Of a stretch of 64,000 nucleotides of DNA, positions 25,062 to 36,545 are shown in pieces. Made by a program: the position numbers and the translations under genes. The stretch is from contig NC_091980.1 of the NCBI RefSeq assembly GCF_044704955.1, positions 11,222,001-11,286,000 of the forward strand, in the 5' to 3' direction. The first letter of the stretch is position 1; every line of letters begins with the position of its first letter. Source of the stretch: Pristiophorus japonicus (Eukaryota). Below the pieces are notes generated by a model, which worked only from the letters and a program-made list of their open reading frames with translations, did not search any database and had not been told where the DNA came from.

Positions 25062-25662
25062 GGCCCAGAAATTGCGGTCAGAGACTTCCTACCGGCGAGC
25101 TCCTCCGACAAAATTTTTTTAAACCAAAGTACTTGGTGGTCCGGAGGAAAGTGGACATGCCACATCTGGGCTCACATATTCGAGGTGCATACGTGCAGCC
25201 TCGGATCACGTGGGCCGTATGAACAAATGAAAATGGCGTTTCCACATTCACAGTGAAGGTGAGTTCTATTTGTACGGAGATACCTTTTCTGTGAATAGGA
25301 ATACCCTGAAAGAGACAAATATTTTAAATAAATAAGAAAAACACTTCACATATTTAAAATTACCTTGATTTGAATTTAAAAAATATTTTAGCCTTTTTTT
25401 AACATGTTTCTTTGAGGTAAAAATAATCTTACCTTAATGGACTGGGTTTTTAACATAAAAATTATTGCTAACATTTTATGTTTCTATCTCTTAACACAAA
25501 TGCCCTTCTTCAGGTTTCAACAAAAGAAACTTTGACAGCTCGCAAATGTTGGTTCTCGGCCCATGCGTATCGTGCACCAAGAACTGAGAACCAGCACTTC
25601 CGGGGTCTCTTTAGATGCATGCACACATCATACGTACCCGGAGAGGCCGCAATTTACAGGCC
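25062..25662. mobile_element. Harbinger-type MITE
   Basis: TIRs GGCCCAGAAATTGCGG / CCGCAATTTACAGGCC; 3-bp TSD TAT; AT-rich core. Confidence 0.82.
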
Positions 25663-25773
25663 TATAATTTCAAGACCTGGGGCGCTTTTTTCAATGACTG
25701 TAATGTTCCATAGGACTAAAAACTTAATTTCAAGTACTTAAGTATTTAAGTACTGCATATTTTCCACAACAAT

Positions 25774-26460
25774 GGGCGAGAAGTTGCTGCCGGAGGCTTC
25801 CCGCCGGCGGATGTCTCTGACCGAAACATTTTTGCAGTCACGGAGGAAGACAAACTTCGGCTCCAAGGCCTATATGCGCACCCTAGTGCAGAGGCCCATG
25901 AATTCCAGGAGCGTATGGGCATCCTGGGACCACTCATGTTTAGACCACCAATGAACATGGAATATCCTCATTGATCGCAGTGGTGAGGTCCGTTAGTTCG
26001 GAGCTCCCATTAATATCAATGAGAATATGAATCCAAAACAGAGAAACGCATACATAATTAATAAAACAAACCTCAGATATTTAAAGTTAATTGAAATTGA
26101 ATTAAATTAAACGTTTTAGAACAAAATTATTTTTTTTGAATTTTTTTGTAATATGTTTTAATAGGGTTAAAATAAACTTAACTTAATGGAGAGTGTTTTA
26201 AACGTAAAAATTAGTAGTAATTTGCTTTTACCAGGCTTAAGACATTTAAGGACATTTGCTGGGCATGATTTAGGCAAATAGTCCAAATCACCGTCCGTGA
26301 AGGCCCTTCTCCAGAGGATGTGCGCGATCTGTCAATGGAAAATTTGAAAGATCACAGGTTTAGGCGCATATGCTTTGTGTGCCTAAGCTCGGAACTTGTG
26401 CGGCCTTTTCGGGCATGTGCGCACATCGCACAAAGCCAGAAGGGCCGCAATTTATGGCCC
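25774..26460. mobile_element. Harbinger-type MITE (related to the previous one)
   Basis: Ends GGGCGAGAAGTTGC / GCCGCAATTTATGGCCC; 3-bp TSD AAT (25771-25773, 26461-26463). Confidence 0.8.
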
Positions 26461-27950
26461 AATGCAATCATTCAATCAAATTTTTGAAATTCAACTAATT
26501 TTCAGATTTGCTTCTGACTTTCCATAATACACAGGGTTGTTGGTGAAGTAATCTAGTTTATAATAAATTGGGTAACCGCGATTCGCAAAAATGTTCACTG
26601 TGAATAACTGCAGCTTTGGTTACTCTGTCGTTGATACCGTGATAGATATTCTCAATGCTAAATGTGTCACAATTTCGTGTCACATCTTGTGTCATGCATG
26701 CTAGCTACTGTTTTATAAAGAGAGTATACAAACCTCTGATCATACAATCCAGTCACTGCGTTCTTGCACACAATTCAATATGCTTATCTAAATGCTTTTG
26801 TTTGCCATTTTCCCCAGCAACTAATGTTCCTAATGTTTAAAATATGTAATTAAAATAAATAAAATCTAAACAATTGCACAGTTCACAACAATATGATTAA
26901 GAATGTGGACTGAAAGATCCAATTATGACCTCATGAAGTTTTCATTAGAAAGCCGTAATCCGTCCTGTTCTGGGCCCTGATAGTTTTGCATACAGCTGTG
27001 ATTCGCTGAACGGAATTTGGATTGTGCAGTCAGATCGAACGAATCACTTCTGCAGAAATTAGGAGAGCTGTGTCACAGCCAATTAAGAAACTCAGAGAAG
27101 CATAACTTTCAGCCAACGTCTCAAACTCCTTCATCACTACGGCTCAGTGGCATTACCGTTGCGAGGGAGTCCTCAAAATTGACTCCAGACCCCAAGAAAT
27201 CTCATGTCATCAGGTCAAACATGAGCAAGGAAACCTCCTACTGACTACCACTTACCACCCTTACCAGATGAATTGTTACTCGTCCACATTGGACATCGCT
27301 TGGAAGAAACACTGAGGGCAGCAAGGGCACAGAATGTACTCTGGGAGCGTGACTTCAATGTTCATCACCTAGAGTGTTTTGGTTGTAGTATTACTGACCA
27401 AGCTGGCCTAGTTTGGAAGGTTATATCTGCCAGACGAGGAATGCGGCAGATGGTAAGAGAACCAACACGAGGGAGAAAATGACTTGACCTCATCTACACC
27501 CATTTATCTGATGCAGATGCATCTGTACATGACAGCATTTGCTGGAGTGAGCATCCTTGTGGAGACGAAGTTCCACCTTCACCCTCCAATGCGTTGTGTA
27601 GCACTACGACCATGTAAAATGGAATGGATTCAGAACAGACCTAGCAGCTCAAAACAGAGCAATCATGAGACGCTTTGTGCTATTAGTATTCTACCACAAT
27701 CTGTAACCTCATAGCTACGTTATTGCAAGATACAACCCAGCGCACTGGATACAGCAAAGGCTATGGGCCCTGAAGACATCCTGCTGTCATGCTGCAGACC
27801 CATGCTCCTGTACTTGCCATGCATTTAACCAAGCTGTTCAAGTACAGTGATAACACTGGTATCTACACAAAAAATGATAAATTACCCAGATATATCTTTT
27901 CATCAAGAAACAGGACAAATCCAATCCAATCAATTATCACCTCATCAGCC

Positions 27951-30900
27951 AATAAAAAAAGAATGCATTTATATAGTGTCTTTCACAAAAACCGAACGTC
28001 TCAAAGCGCTTTACTCTCAATGAAGTACTTCTGGAGTGTAGTCACTGCTGTAATGTGGGAATCCCTTACAGACTCCCACAATGATTTTAACTATCCTAAT
28101 ATTGATTGAGACAAAATAGTGTGAAGGGTATAGAGGGTGCGAAATTTTTCAAAATGCATTCAAGAGAACTTTTTTTAGTCAGTATGTAACAAACCCAACA
28201 CAAGAGGCGGCGGCTTCAGAGTTAGTTTTGGGAAATGAAGCTAGGTAGTTTGAAGCAGTATGATTGGGCGAGCACTTGGGTGCCAGTGACCATAATTCAG
28301 TCAGATTCAAGTTAGTTAAGGATAAGGACAAGGATAAGCCTGGAAATAAAGTTCCAAATTGGGGAAAAACTAACTTTGCTAAGTTGAGGAGTGATTTAGC
28401 CAAATTGGACATGAAACAGTTACGTTTGGGTAAATCACTGTCGGAACAGTTGGAGCCATTCAAGGGGGAGTTCCGGAAGGCACAGGCCAAACATGTGCCC
28501 TTAAAGAAAAAGGGTGGGAATAACAATTGTTGAGCCCCTGCATGTCTAGGGGCTTACAGGGGACAATAAAGAAGAAGAAAAAGGAAGCTTATGTCATATA
28601 CCGATGGCTAAATATGATAGAATCTTTGGCGGAATACAGAAAGTTAAGAGCTAAAATTAAAATTAAAAAGGATATTAGGAATGCAAAGAGAGAGCATGAA
28701 AAATTCTTGGCTAGTAAAATTAAGGACAACCTAATGGTGTTATCTAAATATATTAAGAGCAAGAGGGTAACTATAAATGGATTGGGCTTATTAGAAACCA
28801 TGAGGGTATTTTTTGTGGAGACGGAAAATGTTGGGATGGTTCTTAATGAATACATTGCATCTGTTTCCAGAAAGGAAAGTGGCAAGGCAGATACTGCTAT
28901 CGAAAAGGACTGTGACATTCTGGATGAAATAAACATAGTGACAGAGGATGTATTAAGGGGTTTAGCAGCTATGAAAGTAGATAAGTCCCCAGGCCCGGAT
29001 GCAATGCTTTGCAGGTTGTTGAGCGAAGTAAAAGACAAAATAGCTGAGACTTTGACCATCATTTTCGAGTCCTCTTTGGATTCGGGAATGCTAATGTGAT
29101 CCCCTTGCTTAAGGAGTGAGAAAGGGATAGGTCAAGTAATTACAGGCCTGTCAGTCTAGCCTCAGTTGTGGGAAAATTATTGGAAAAAACTCATGGAAGA
29201 CAGGAGAAAATCTACAGTTATTAAGGCAAGGATTAAGTTGGGGCAGACAGCATGGATTTGTTAAGGGAAGATCATGCTTGACTATCATGATTGAAATTTT
29301 TGAGGAGGTAACTAAGAGGATCGATCAGGGTAGTGCATACGATGCACTGTATATGGACTTTAGCAAAGCGTTTGATAAGATCCCACATGCTGGACTGGTC
29401 ACGAAGGTTAAAGCCCTTGGAATCCAGGGCGAAGTGGCTAGTTGGATCCAAAATTGATTTAAAGGTAGGACGCAAAGAGTAATGGCTGATGGATGTTTTT
29501 GTGACTGGAATGATGTTTCCAGTGATTTCCACAGGCTCAGTACTGGGCCACTTGTTGTTTCTGGTATAAATGATTTAGATTTGAATATAGGGAGTATGAT
29601 TAAGAAGTTTGCAGATGACACTAAAATTGGCTGTGTGGTTGATAATGAAGGGGAAAGTCATGGACTGCAGGAGCATAACAATCAACTGCTTAGGTGGGCA
29701 GAGCAGTGGCAAAAGGAATTTAATTCCTTGAAGTGTAAGGTAATGCACATTGGGAGGGCTAATATTGAAAGGATATATACATTAAGCAGCGGTAGGCCAC
29801 TTAATAGTGCAGATGAATAAAGGAACATTGGAGTGCTTGTTCATATATCGCTGAAAGTAGCAGGTCAGCTGGACTAGGTGGTTAAGAAGGCATACGGAAT
29901 GCTTGCCTTTATTGGCCGAGGCATAGAAAACAAGAGCAAGGAAGTTATGCTTAAATTGTATAATACTCTTGTAAGGCCACAGTTGGAGTACTGCATGTAG
30001 CTCTGGTCGCCGTATTATAGGATAGATGTGACTGTACAACAGATGGTGCAGGGGATATTTACTAGGATGCTGCTTGGAATGGAGAATCTTCGCCATGAAG
30101 ACAGGTTGGATAGGCTGGCTCTCCGCATTTGAACAGAGAAGGTTCAAAGGAGCCCTCATTGAGGTGCCTGGATATAGTGGATAGCAAGTGCTTATTTTCA
30201 TTGGTGGAGGGGTCACTTACGAGGGGCATAGTTTTAAGGTAGCTGGTAGAAGGTTCAGAGGGGATTGAGGGCGTGCTTCTTCACGCAGAGGGTTGTGGGG
30301 GTCTGGAACTCACTCACTGGAACGGTGGTAGATGCAGAAATCCTCACTACCTGCAGGGTTACACACCTGGAGCTGGAAGTTGAGATTAGACTGGATAACC
30401 TCTGTTGGCCAGCGCAGTTATGATGGCAAGTACTGCAGGGAATTGAATACGGCCACGGTGATCTCCTCACCAATTTCAATCACCCAGATGGGTCGGAGAG
30501 GAACTTTCTAAGATTTCCTTCTCCAATTGCCCTGGGTTTTTATCTGGTTTTTGGCTCTCCCAGGAGATCACATGGCTCCGGTTGGGGGTGGAGCATATAA
30601 TGTTTCATTATAAGAGGTGTCGCAGTGTGGGACGGATTGGTTGAGCTGGGTGCTCTTTACCTTTCCCCATTGTTCATTTTTCATAGGTTTATATTTAACC
30701 CTCAGGGCTGCTGACCGAGGTCCGTGTGGCTCTTTTTCAGCTGGCACGGGCATGATCAGTTTAATTGGCCTCCTTCTGCACTGTAAATTTACATGTTTCT
30801 ATAATAACCAGATCATCTGCTTTGGTTATGCTGATTGAGGGATAACTCCCATGCTATTCTTCGAAAGGTGTTACGGGATATTTTGCACCAACCTCAGAGG

Positions 30901-31078
30901 ACAGACTCATCCAACATGTCTCATCCAAAAGACAGCACCTCCGACAGTGCAGCAGCCCCTCAGCATGGCACTGGAGTGTAAGCCTTGAATAATCATATGC
31001 TCCAGTTACTGGAGTGGGACTTGAACTCACAACCGCTAATGCAGAGGCGAGTGTGCTACCCACTGAGCCACAGCTGAA
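27951..31078 (-). mobile_element. DeuSINE split by a CR1 (tail ~27958-28072, head ~30800-31078)
   Basis: Reverse complement of the 6534-7000 SINE tail and head; flanked by CAGCC repeats in the family-B host. Confidence 0.78.
28075..30800 (+). mobile_element. CR1 LINE 'A' (decayed ORF2, long 3' UTR)
   Basis: ORFs 28264..28533, 28527..29099 and 29482..29820 (KFADD); tail ...TTTACATGTTTCTA. Confidence 0.88.
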
Positions 31079-31845
31079 ACAGCCTGCACTCAATGATCAG
31101 CAAAGTGATGGAAGGTGTCGTTGACCGTGTTATCAAGTGGCATGTACTCAGCAATAACCTGCTCAATGAAGCTCAGTTTGGTTTCTGAATTCCAAAGGTG
31201 AGGAGAGAGGAACTGCCCTTGACATCAGGGTAACATTTGACCGAGTGTGGCATCAACAAACCATAGAAAGTTTGAAATCAGTCAGACTTTTGGGGAAACT
31301 CTCTGCTGGCTGAAGTTATACCTAGCACAAAGAAGATGTTGCAGTTGTTGCGGGCCATTCGTCTAAATCTCAGGACATTGGTGCAGTAGTTCCTCATGGC
31401 AGTCTCCTGGGCCCAACCATATTCAACTGGCCCATCAATGATGTTCCCACCAACATAAGTTCAGAAGTGGGGATGTTCACTGATGATTGCACAGTTTTCA
31501 CTTCCAGCCACACATTTTCAGATAATGAAGAAGTCTTTGCCTGCATGCAATAAGACCTGGACAACATTAAGGCTTGTGTTGTCAAGTGGCAAGTAACATT
31601 TGTGCCACTCTGGTGCCAGACAAAGCTTTTCTCCAAAAAGAGTGAGTCTAACCACTTAACCTTGATATTCAATGGCCTAACCATAGTCGAATCCCCGAAC
31701 CTCAGCATCCTGGTATCACCACTGACGATAATCTTAACTGGAACAATCACATCATTAATGTGGCTACAAAAGAAGGCCAGAGGCTGGGTATTCTGCAGCG
31801 AGTGACTCTATTCTTGACTCCCCAACGCCTTTCCACAATCTACAA

Positions 31846-32024
31846 TTCAAAAGTGAGTTAGATGTGGCCGTTATGGCTAAATGGATCATGGGGCACGGAG
31901 AGAAAGCAGGAATGGGGTACATAAGTTGCATGTTAGCCATGATCATATTGAATGGTGGTGCAGGCTCGAATGGACGAATGGCCTACTCCTTCATCTATTT
32001 TTTATGTTTCTATGTTTCTACGTT
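31846..32024 (+). mobile_element. Short CR1 3'-end insertion (shared with 49324-49500; absent at ~60900)
   Basis: TTCAAAAGTGAGTTAGATG...TTTCTATGTTTCTA flanked by TACAA repeats. Confidence 0.8.
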
Positions 32025-32291
32025 TGTACAAGGCACATATCAGGAGTGTGATGAAATACTCTCCAATAGCATGCATGAATGCAGCTCCAACAACATTGAA
32101 GAATCTCCCTCCGATCTAGGGAAAAGTACCCCGCTTGATTGGCACTCCGTCCACCACCTTAACCTTTTACTCACTCCACCATCAGTGCACCGAGGCTGCA
32201 AGACCATCGAAAAGATTCACGCCAGCAACTCTCCAATGATCATTTGACACCACCTCCAAACCTGCGAACTCTAACATCGAGAAGGACAAGG

Positions 32292-33335
32292 GTATCAAGT
32301 GCCTAGGAATACACATACAATAGAAAAGTTGGGAAGTCATGTTAAATCTGTATAGAAACTTGGTTGGACCATACTTAGAGTCCTGCATATTGTTCTGGTT
32401 GCCATATTATAGAAAGGACATAGAGGCACTGGAGAAGGTATATGAAGATTTCCAAGGATGATACCAGAATTGCGAAGGTATGCATATCAGGAAAGGATAA
32501 ATAGGCTGGGTCTCTTTTCTCTTGAAAATGAAGGTCGAGGTGTGATCAAATGGAGGTCTTTAAAATTGTGAAAGGTTTTGGAGTGGGACATTAAGGGCTT
32601 ACCAATGCAACTTTCACACGAGCTGCTGAGACAGCATGTACATGTGCAACGCAGACATACTTCAGCTAACGTAAGTCCCCTGATATAAAGTCAGAAGCGC
32701 GAGCACGGGACGCAGCTTATTGTGAAAGGAGTCGTTTGCTAGATCTACAGAGCAAAAACGGCTTCGAATGCACAAACCACAAACTTCATTCGAATTTTGA
32801 AATAGGTCGAGTAACTGTATATCAGTCATGACGAAATGTTGTTCAGAGAAAGAGCGAGAGACTGGAAGCACTGCGGAGGGTCAGACATGGAGACGCCTCT
32901 CCAGTTAACGTATGATAAACAGCTTTTACTTAAGCCAAATCAGACTGTGTTGAATATCTCTGTAACGCTCCCCATCAGGTTTTAATAGAATGGGTACAGA
33001 GAGAATGATTCCACTTGTTAGGAAGAGCATACTCGAGGCCATCAATATAAGATAGTCACCAAGAAATCCAATAGGGAATTCGGAAGAAAATTATTTCCCC
33101 AAAGATTGTTGAGAATGTGGAACTCGCTACCGTAGAGAGTAGTTGAAGCCAATAGTATAGATGCATTTAAGGGGAGGTTCGACAAGCATGTGAGGATGAA
33201 GGGAATATAGGGTTCTGCGGATAGATTTAGATGAAGAAAAACGGGAGAAGGCTGAAGTGGAGCAAAATGCCGGCATGCACTGGTTGGGCCGAATGGCCTG
33301 TTTTTATGCCGTATATTCCATGTAATCCTATGTAA
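32292..33335 (+). mobile_element. CR1 3' fragment carrying an unidentified ~400-bp insert (32581-32976)
   Basis: CR1 ORF2 C-terminal sequence and (ATCCTATG)-like tail; insert bounded by AGGTTTT direct repeats. Confidence 0.72.
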
Positions 33336-33511
33336 AACATCACTTCAAATTTTCGCTCCACGTCTGACAGAATTATGGCTTTGGAATATATTGCCATTAC
33401 TTCATCCTCGCTGGGACAAAATCCTAGAAGTCCATATCTAACAGCACTGTAGGAGTACCTTCTCCACACAGCCTGTTTTGTTCAAGAAGATGGACAACTA
33501 CCACCTTCTCA

Positions 33512-34114
33512 TCATCATCATAGGCAGTCCCTCGAAGCGAGTATGACTAGCTTCCACGCCAAAAAGGGATGAGTTCACAGGTGTTTCAATGAATGACCTA
33601 CAAATCCAGATCCCGAACTACATCATGAAAGTGGAAGATGCCTTTGCTTGGATTTTTTTTAACGTGTGGTGGCTGGTGCCTCGAGGATGCACTTCCCCAC
33701 AAGTGGAATCATTCTCTCTGTACCAGCCACCGCATGGGCTTGATAGAGCTAGGTCTTGATCAAGTGGCGAGGATTACCCAAGACGAACTGGAGACCAGCT
33801 CCGCTGCACAGACCGAGCGCACAAACATATCGCAGTGTGGGCTGGCCCGTGCTGTCCCTGGGCCCTCATCTCTTCTGTGTCCCAGATTCCCGCTTCTCAT
33901 TGGGGGGAGCAGCGTGCAGTGGCCCGGCCCAGAAATCGGCGCAGTCCCGGCCCGCAAGACCATCAGCAGGCCGGGGCCATTGGAGGGAGGAATGTGCTTC
34001 GGCGTACCACTGCAGGGAGCAGCGCGTGCTGCTGCAGGAGGGCGATGGCTATGAAGCCAGGTCGCTGATTGCAGTGCGGGCAAGCTCCGCAGGAGGGGCG
34101 AAGAGCGGAAAAAG
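33512..34114 (-). mobile_element. Non-autonomous RTE-derived retroposon with GC-rich 5' head
   Basis: (ATG)n tail at 33511-33521; RTE 3' motif; core shared with 20314-20731; TSD CA(C/T)CTTCTCA in the family-B host. Confidence 0.8.
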
Positions 34115-36239
34115 TCATCTTCTCAAGGGCAATTAAGGATCGGCAATAAATGCTGGCGTTGCCAGCGACGCCCACATCCCATGAATGAACAAAAACAACG
34201 TTTCCAACTGTGGAAAGTTCAAATCTTTTTGTTTAATTTTAGAATGTCAAAGATTAAGTGAGCTTCTGTGATATGCCTCACAATGGTGTTCATAGAACCA
34301 AATTCCAACCGAGGACAGAGACGAAACCGAATTTTGACTCAACGAGAACAATTCTGGCAACAAAGAGAAACGGAACGAACTGGTACAGAGAAAAATTCGG
34401 AGTCCACTAAAGCGATTCCCTGTTGAATAACGGCAAAGCAAATTGATATATGACTAGAAAATATATTATGGAAAACACAAGAATATGATTCATATGTGTT
34501 ACCTGAGATGGTATTGACATGGGTATGGTTGATTGTTGGCAGCTGCCAACGAAGCTGTGAAATCCTGACAAATGCATGGTCTAAACGATGACAACTAATG
34601 CATGACAGTCCCATGTAGGGGATTCATTTCAATGGAATTCCCTGTGCGCTAGCCATTACCTCCACTTTAAATAGAACACATGATCAGATCTTTACAGAAA
34701 TGATGAACACCAACGCCGTGGCTAAGGCCATAAAGCCGTGTGCTGTGTTGGGAAGTTCAGTCTGATTGGAAACTTCACTTAGAGAAAGTCTCCTTATTTC
34801 TAAACAACTGGTGACCGATGACTTAGCTGTAGAAAAGTTACCAATGTATGCCATTGAAATGAATGGAAATAGAAATCGAGCGAGATGAAAAACGGACTGC
34901 CACCTTGATATTATCCGTGTTACACGATCGTATAAAGTCAACAATTACCCCATGATGTACCGCAATGTAGGCAGTTCACACAATTCAGCAAGAGATCCAT
35001 TCCACTGCTATTATACTCAAACATGTAGATGACTGAGGTATTCAGGATCTACAGGCGTTTCAAATTTAGCTTTTGGTAAAAATATTTCAAGGAATTGAAA
35101 TCTACTACTCTGGGTTGTTGTCATTGCAACACTTTAGTGTTTGTTTCGTCACCGTTGTCGGAGAACTTATTTAGTCTCTTAACATTCGCTGGTTGCTTTC
35201 AGCGAATGGTGAAAAGGCATAAAGAAATCTTTTTTATTGACTTTCACATCTGGAGACCCATCCCCGCTTTGAATATTTCGATTAGCAATTTGTATTACTG
35301 TATGTTTTTGATAGCCAGAGAAAAAATGTCGCATACCACTTATACCTCTGGTCAATGGACAAAGCCCACCCTCACAATCTTTTCTGTTTTGATCAATATT
35401 TTTTGAAAGTTGGTAAAATATGCCTAAGTCACCAGCGCAATACATAATGCGCCCGTTGCAATGGACCGAATAAAATACCGAATAGATTCTTTCAATTGGC
35501 ACGTACAATATCCTTTGCGCGCAATCGTGCCATCTTCGATGTAACAAATGAAATGTATTGTTTTGGCCTTGGATCATTTTTACAGTTAACATTCAAGCCT
35601 ATTGCAAAGTGAAGTAAATATTTTAAAACGCTGGTATCTTCACCAATGATTGATCCACATTCAGATCGTCAATCAAAGGCTTTCGGTACGTCGGAAGAGA
35701 GATGCTAGAACGACGAGCAGGGCACCGTGACACGAGCGAGGACTATGGGGCAGTTGACCGGGTTGTATCTGCAGATTAGCGACAAGCACGTTTCTAGTTT
35801 GGCATTTTGCTGATTACGATGCGCCTGAATTCTGAACAGCTGAACTCTTCATAAATGCCCTTAGTGTATCGCTACACACAACGACCCGACGAATTACCAG
35901 CTCCAGTGATCGGGGCATTATTGTAAGACTGAAGATAAGCGATATAGGCAGCAGACCGATGCTGCTGCTCGGCGGTGTAGCCATTCATCTATTATATGAT
36001 GCACTTCATGGCTTGGCTCTTTAAATAGGAAAATACATCTGGTACCGATCCGCTGCTGCTGCAATGTACATAATTATGGGGAAGATCAGTATTTCGAATG
36101 CATAGCAAAATGTATACTCATTTTAAAAATGAACCACATTATTCGATGTGTATCTGAAAATTTCAGTTGCATAATCTTAAATATAGTGGTCTGTTGTATT
36201 ACAATATCGAAGCAGTCCAGCTTTAAGGAACACGTTTGG

Positions 36240-36281
36240 TGCAGTTATTGGTTGAGACTCTTTGTGGCGCTGTCTACCAAT
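36240..36281 (+). promoter_or_regulatory. Protocadherin promoter CSE, gene 2
   Basis: TGCAGTTATTGGTTGAGACTCTTTGTGGCGCTGTCTACCAAT, ~265 nt upstream of the ATG. Confidence 0.8.
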
Positions 36282-36545
36282 TAGAAGCTGAGACGCTGCC
36301 AGAGATCTACCCCCTCCCCCATCAGGGAAACACAGACTGAAGCGAAGAGAAAGAGAGAGGGACAGCGAGATGCTGTGTCTGCGTTTACGTTGTGCGTCCA
36401 TGTTCAACAATACAGTTCAGGTTTAATATTTGAACTTCTCGATTTAATATCGGCGATGGAATTATATGTGGCTCAATATTGCAGATAATGTAAACGATTG
36501 GCGGAGATTGTCATGTTTTTACATTAACATCCAGCAGTCAGAACA

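Larger units (their letters stand above)
27110..34195 (+). mobile_element. Family-B LINE, fragmented by nested insertions (spacer A)
   Basis: Pieces at ~27110-27950 (VLWERDFNVHH), 31080-32290, 33345-33510 and 34115-34195 (3' end GGCAATAAATGCTGGC...CCCACATCCCATGAATGAA). Confidence 0.8.
24702..36545 (+). repeat. Intergenic spacer copy A (paralogous to 38940-54010, partly to 56405-61519)
   Basis: Colinear, highly similar sequence with the same TE order in each spacer. Confidence 0.95.

Noticed and set aside
33638-34175. Cluster of overlapping GC-rich ORFs (also 51128-51611, 3896-4628, 5910-6203)
   Set aside because: Stop-poor GC-rich interiors of non-autonomous elements; no recognisable domains.
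36177-36410. 77-aa minus-strand ORF across the promoter, repeated at 53642-53875
   Set aside because: Produced by the GA tract and recent duplication; not in the ORF track for the gene-1 promoter and resembles no protein I recognise.
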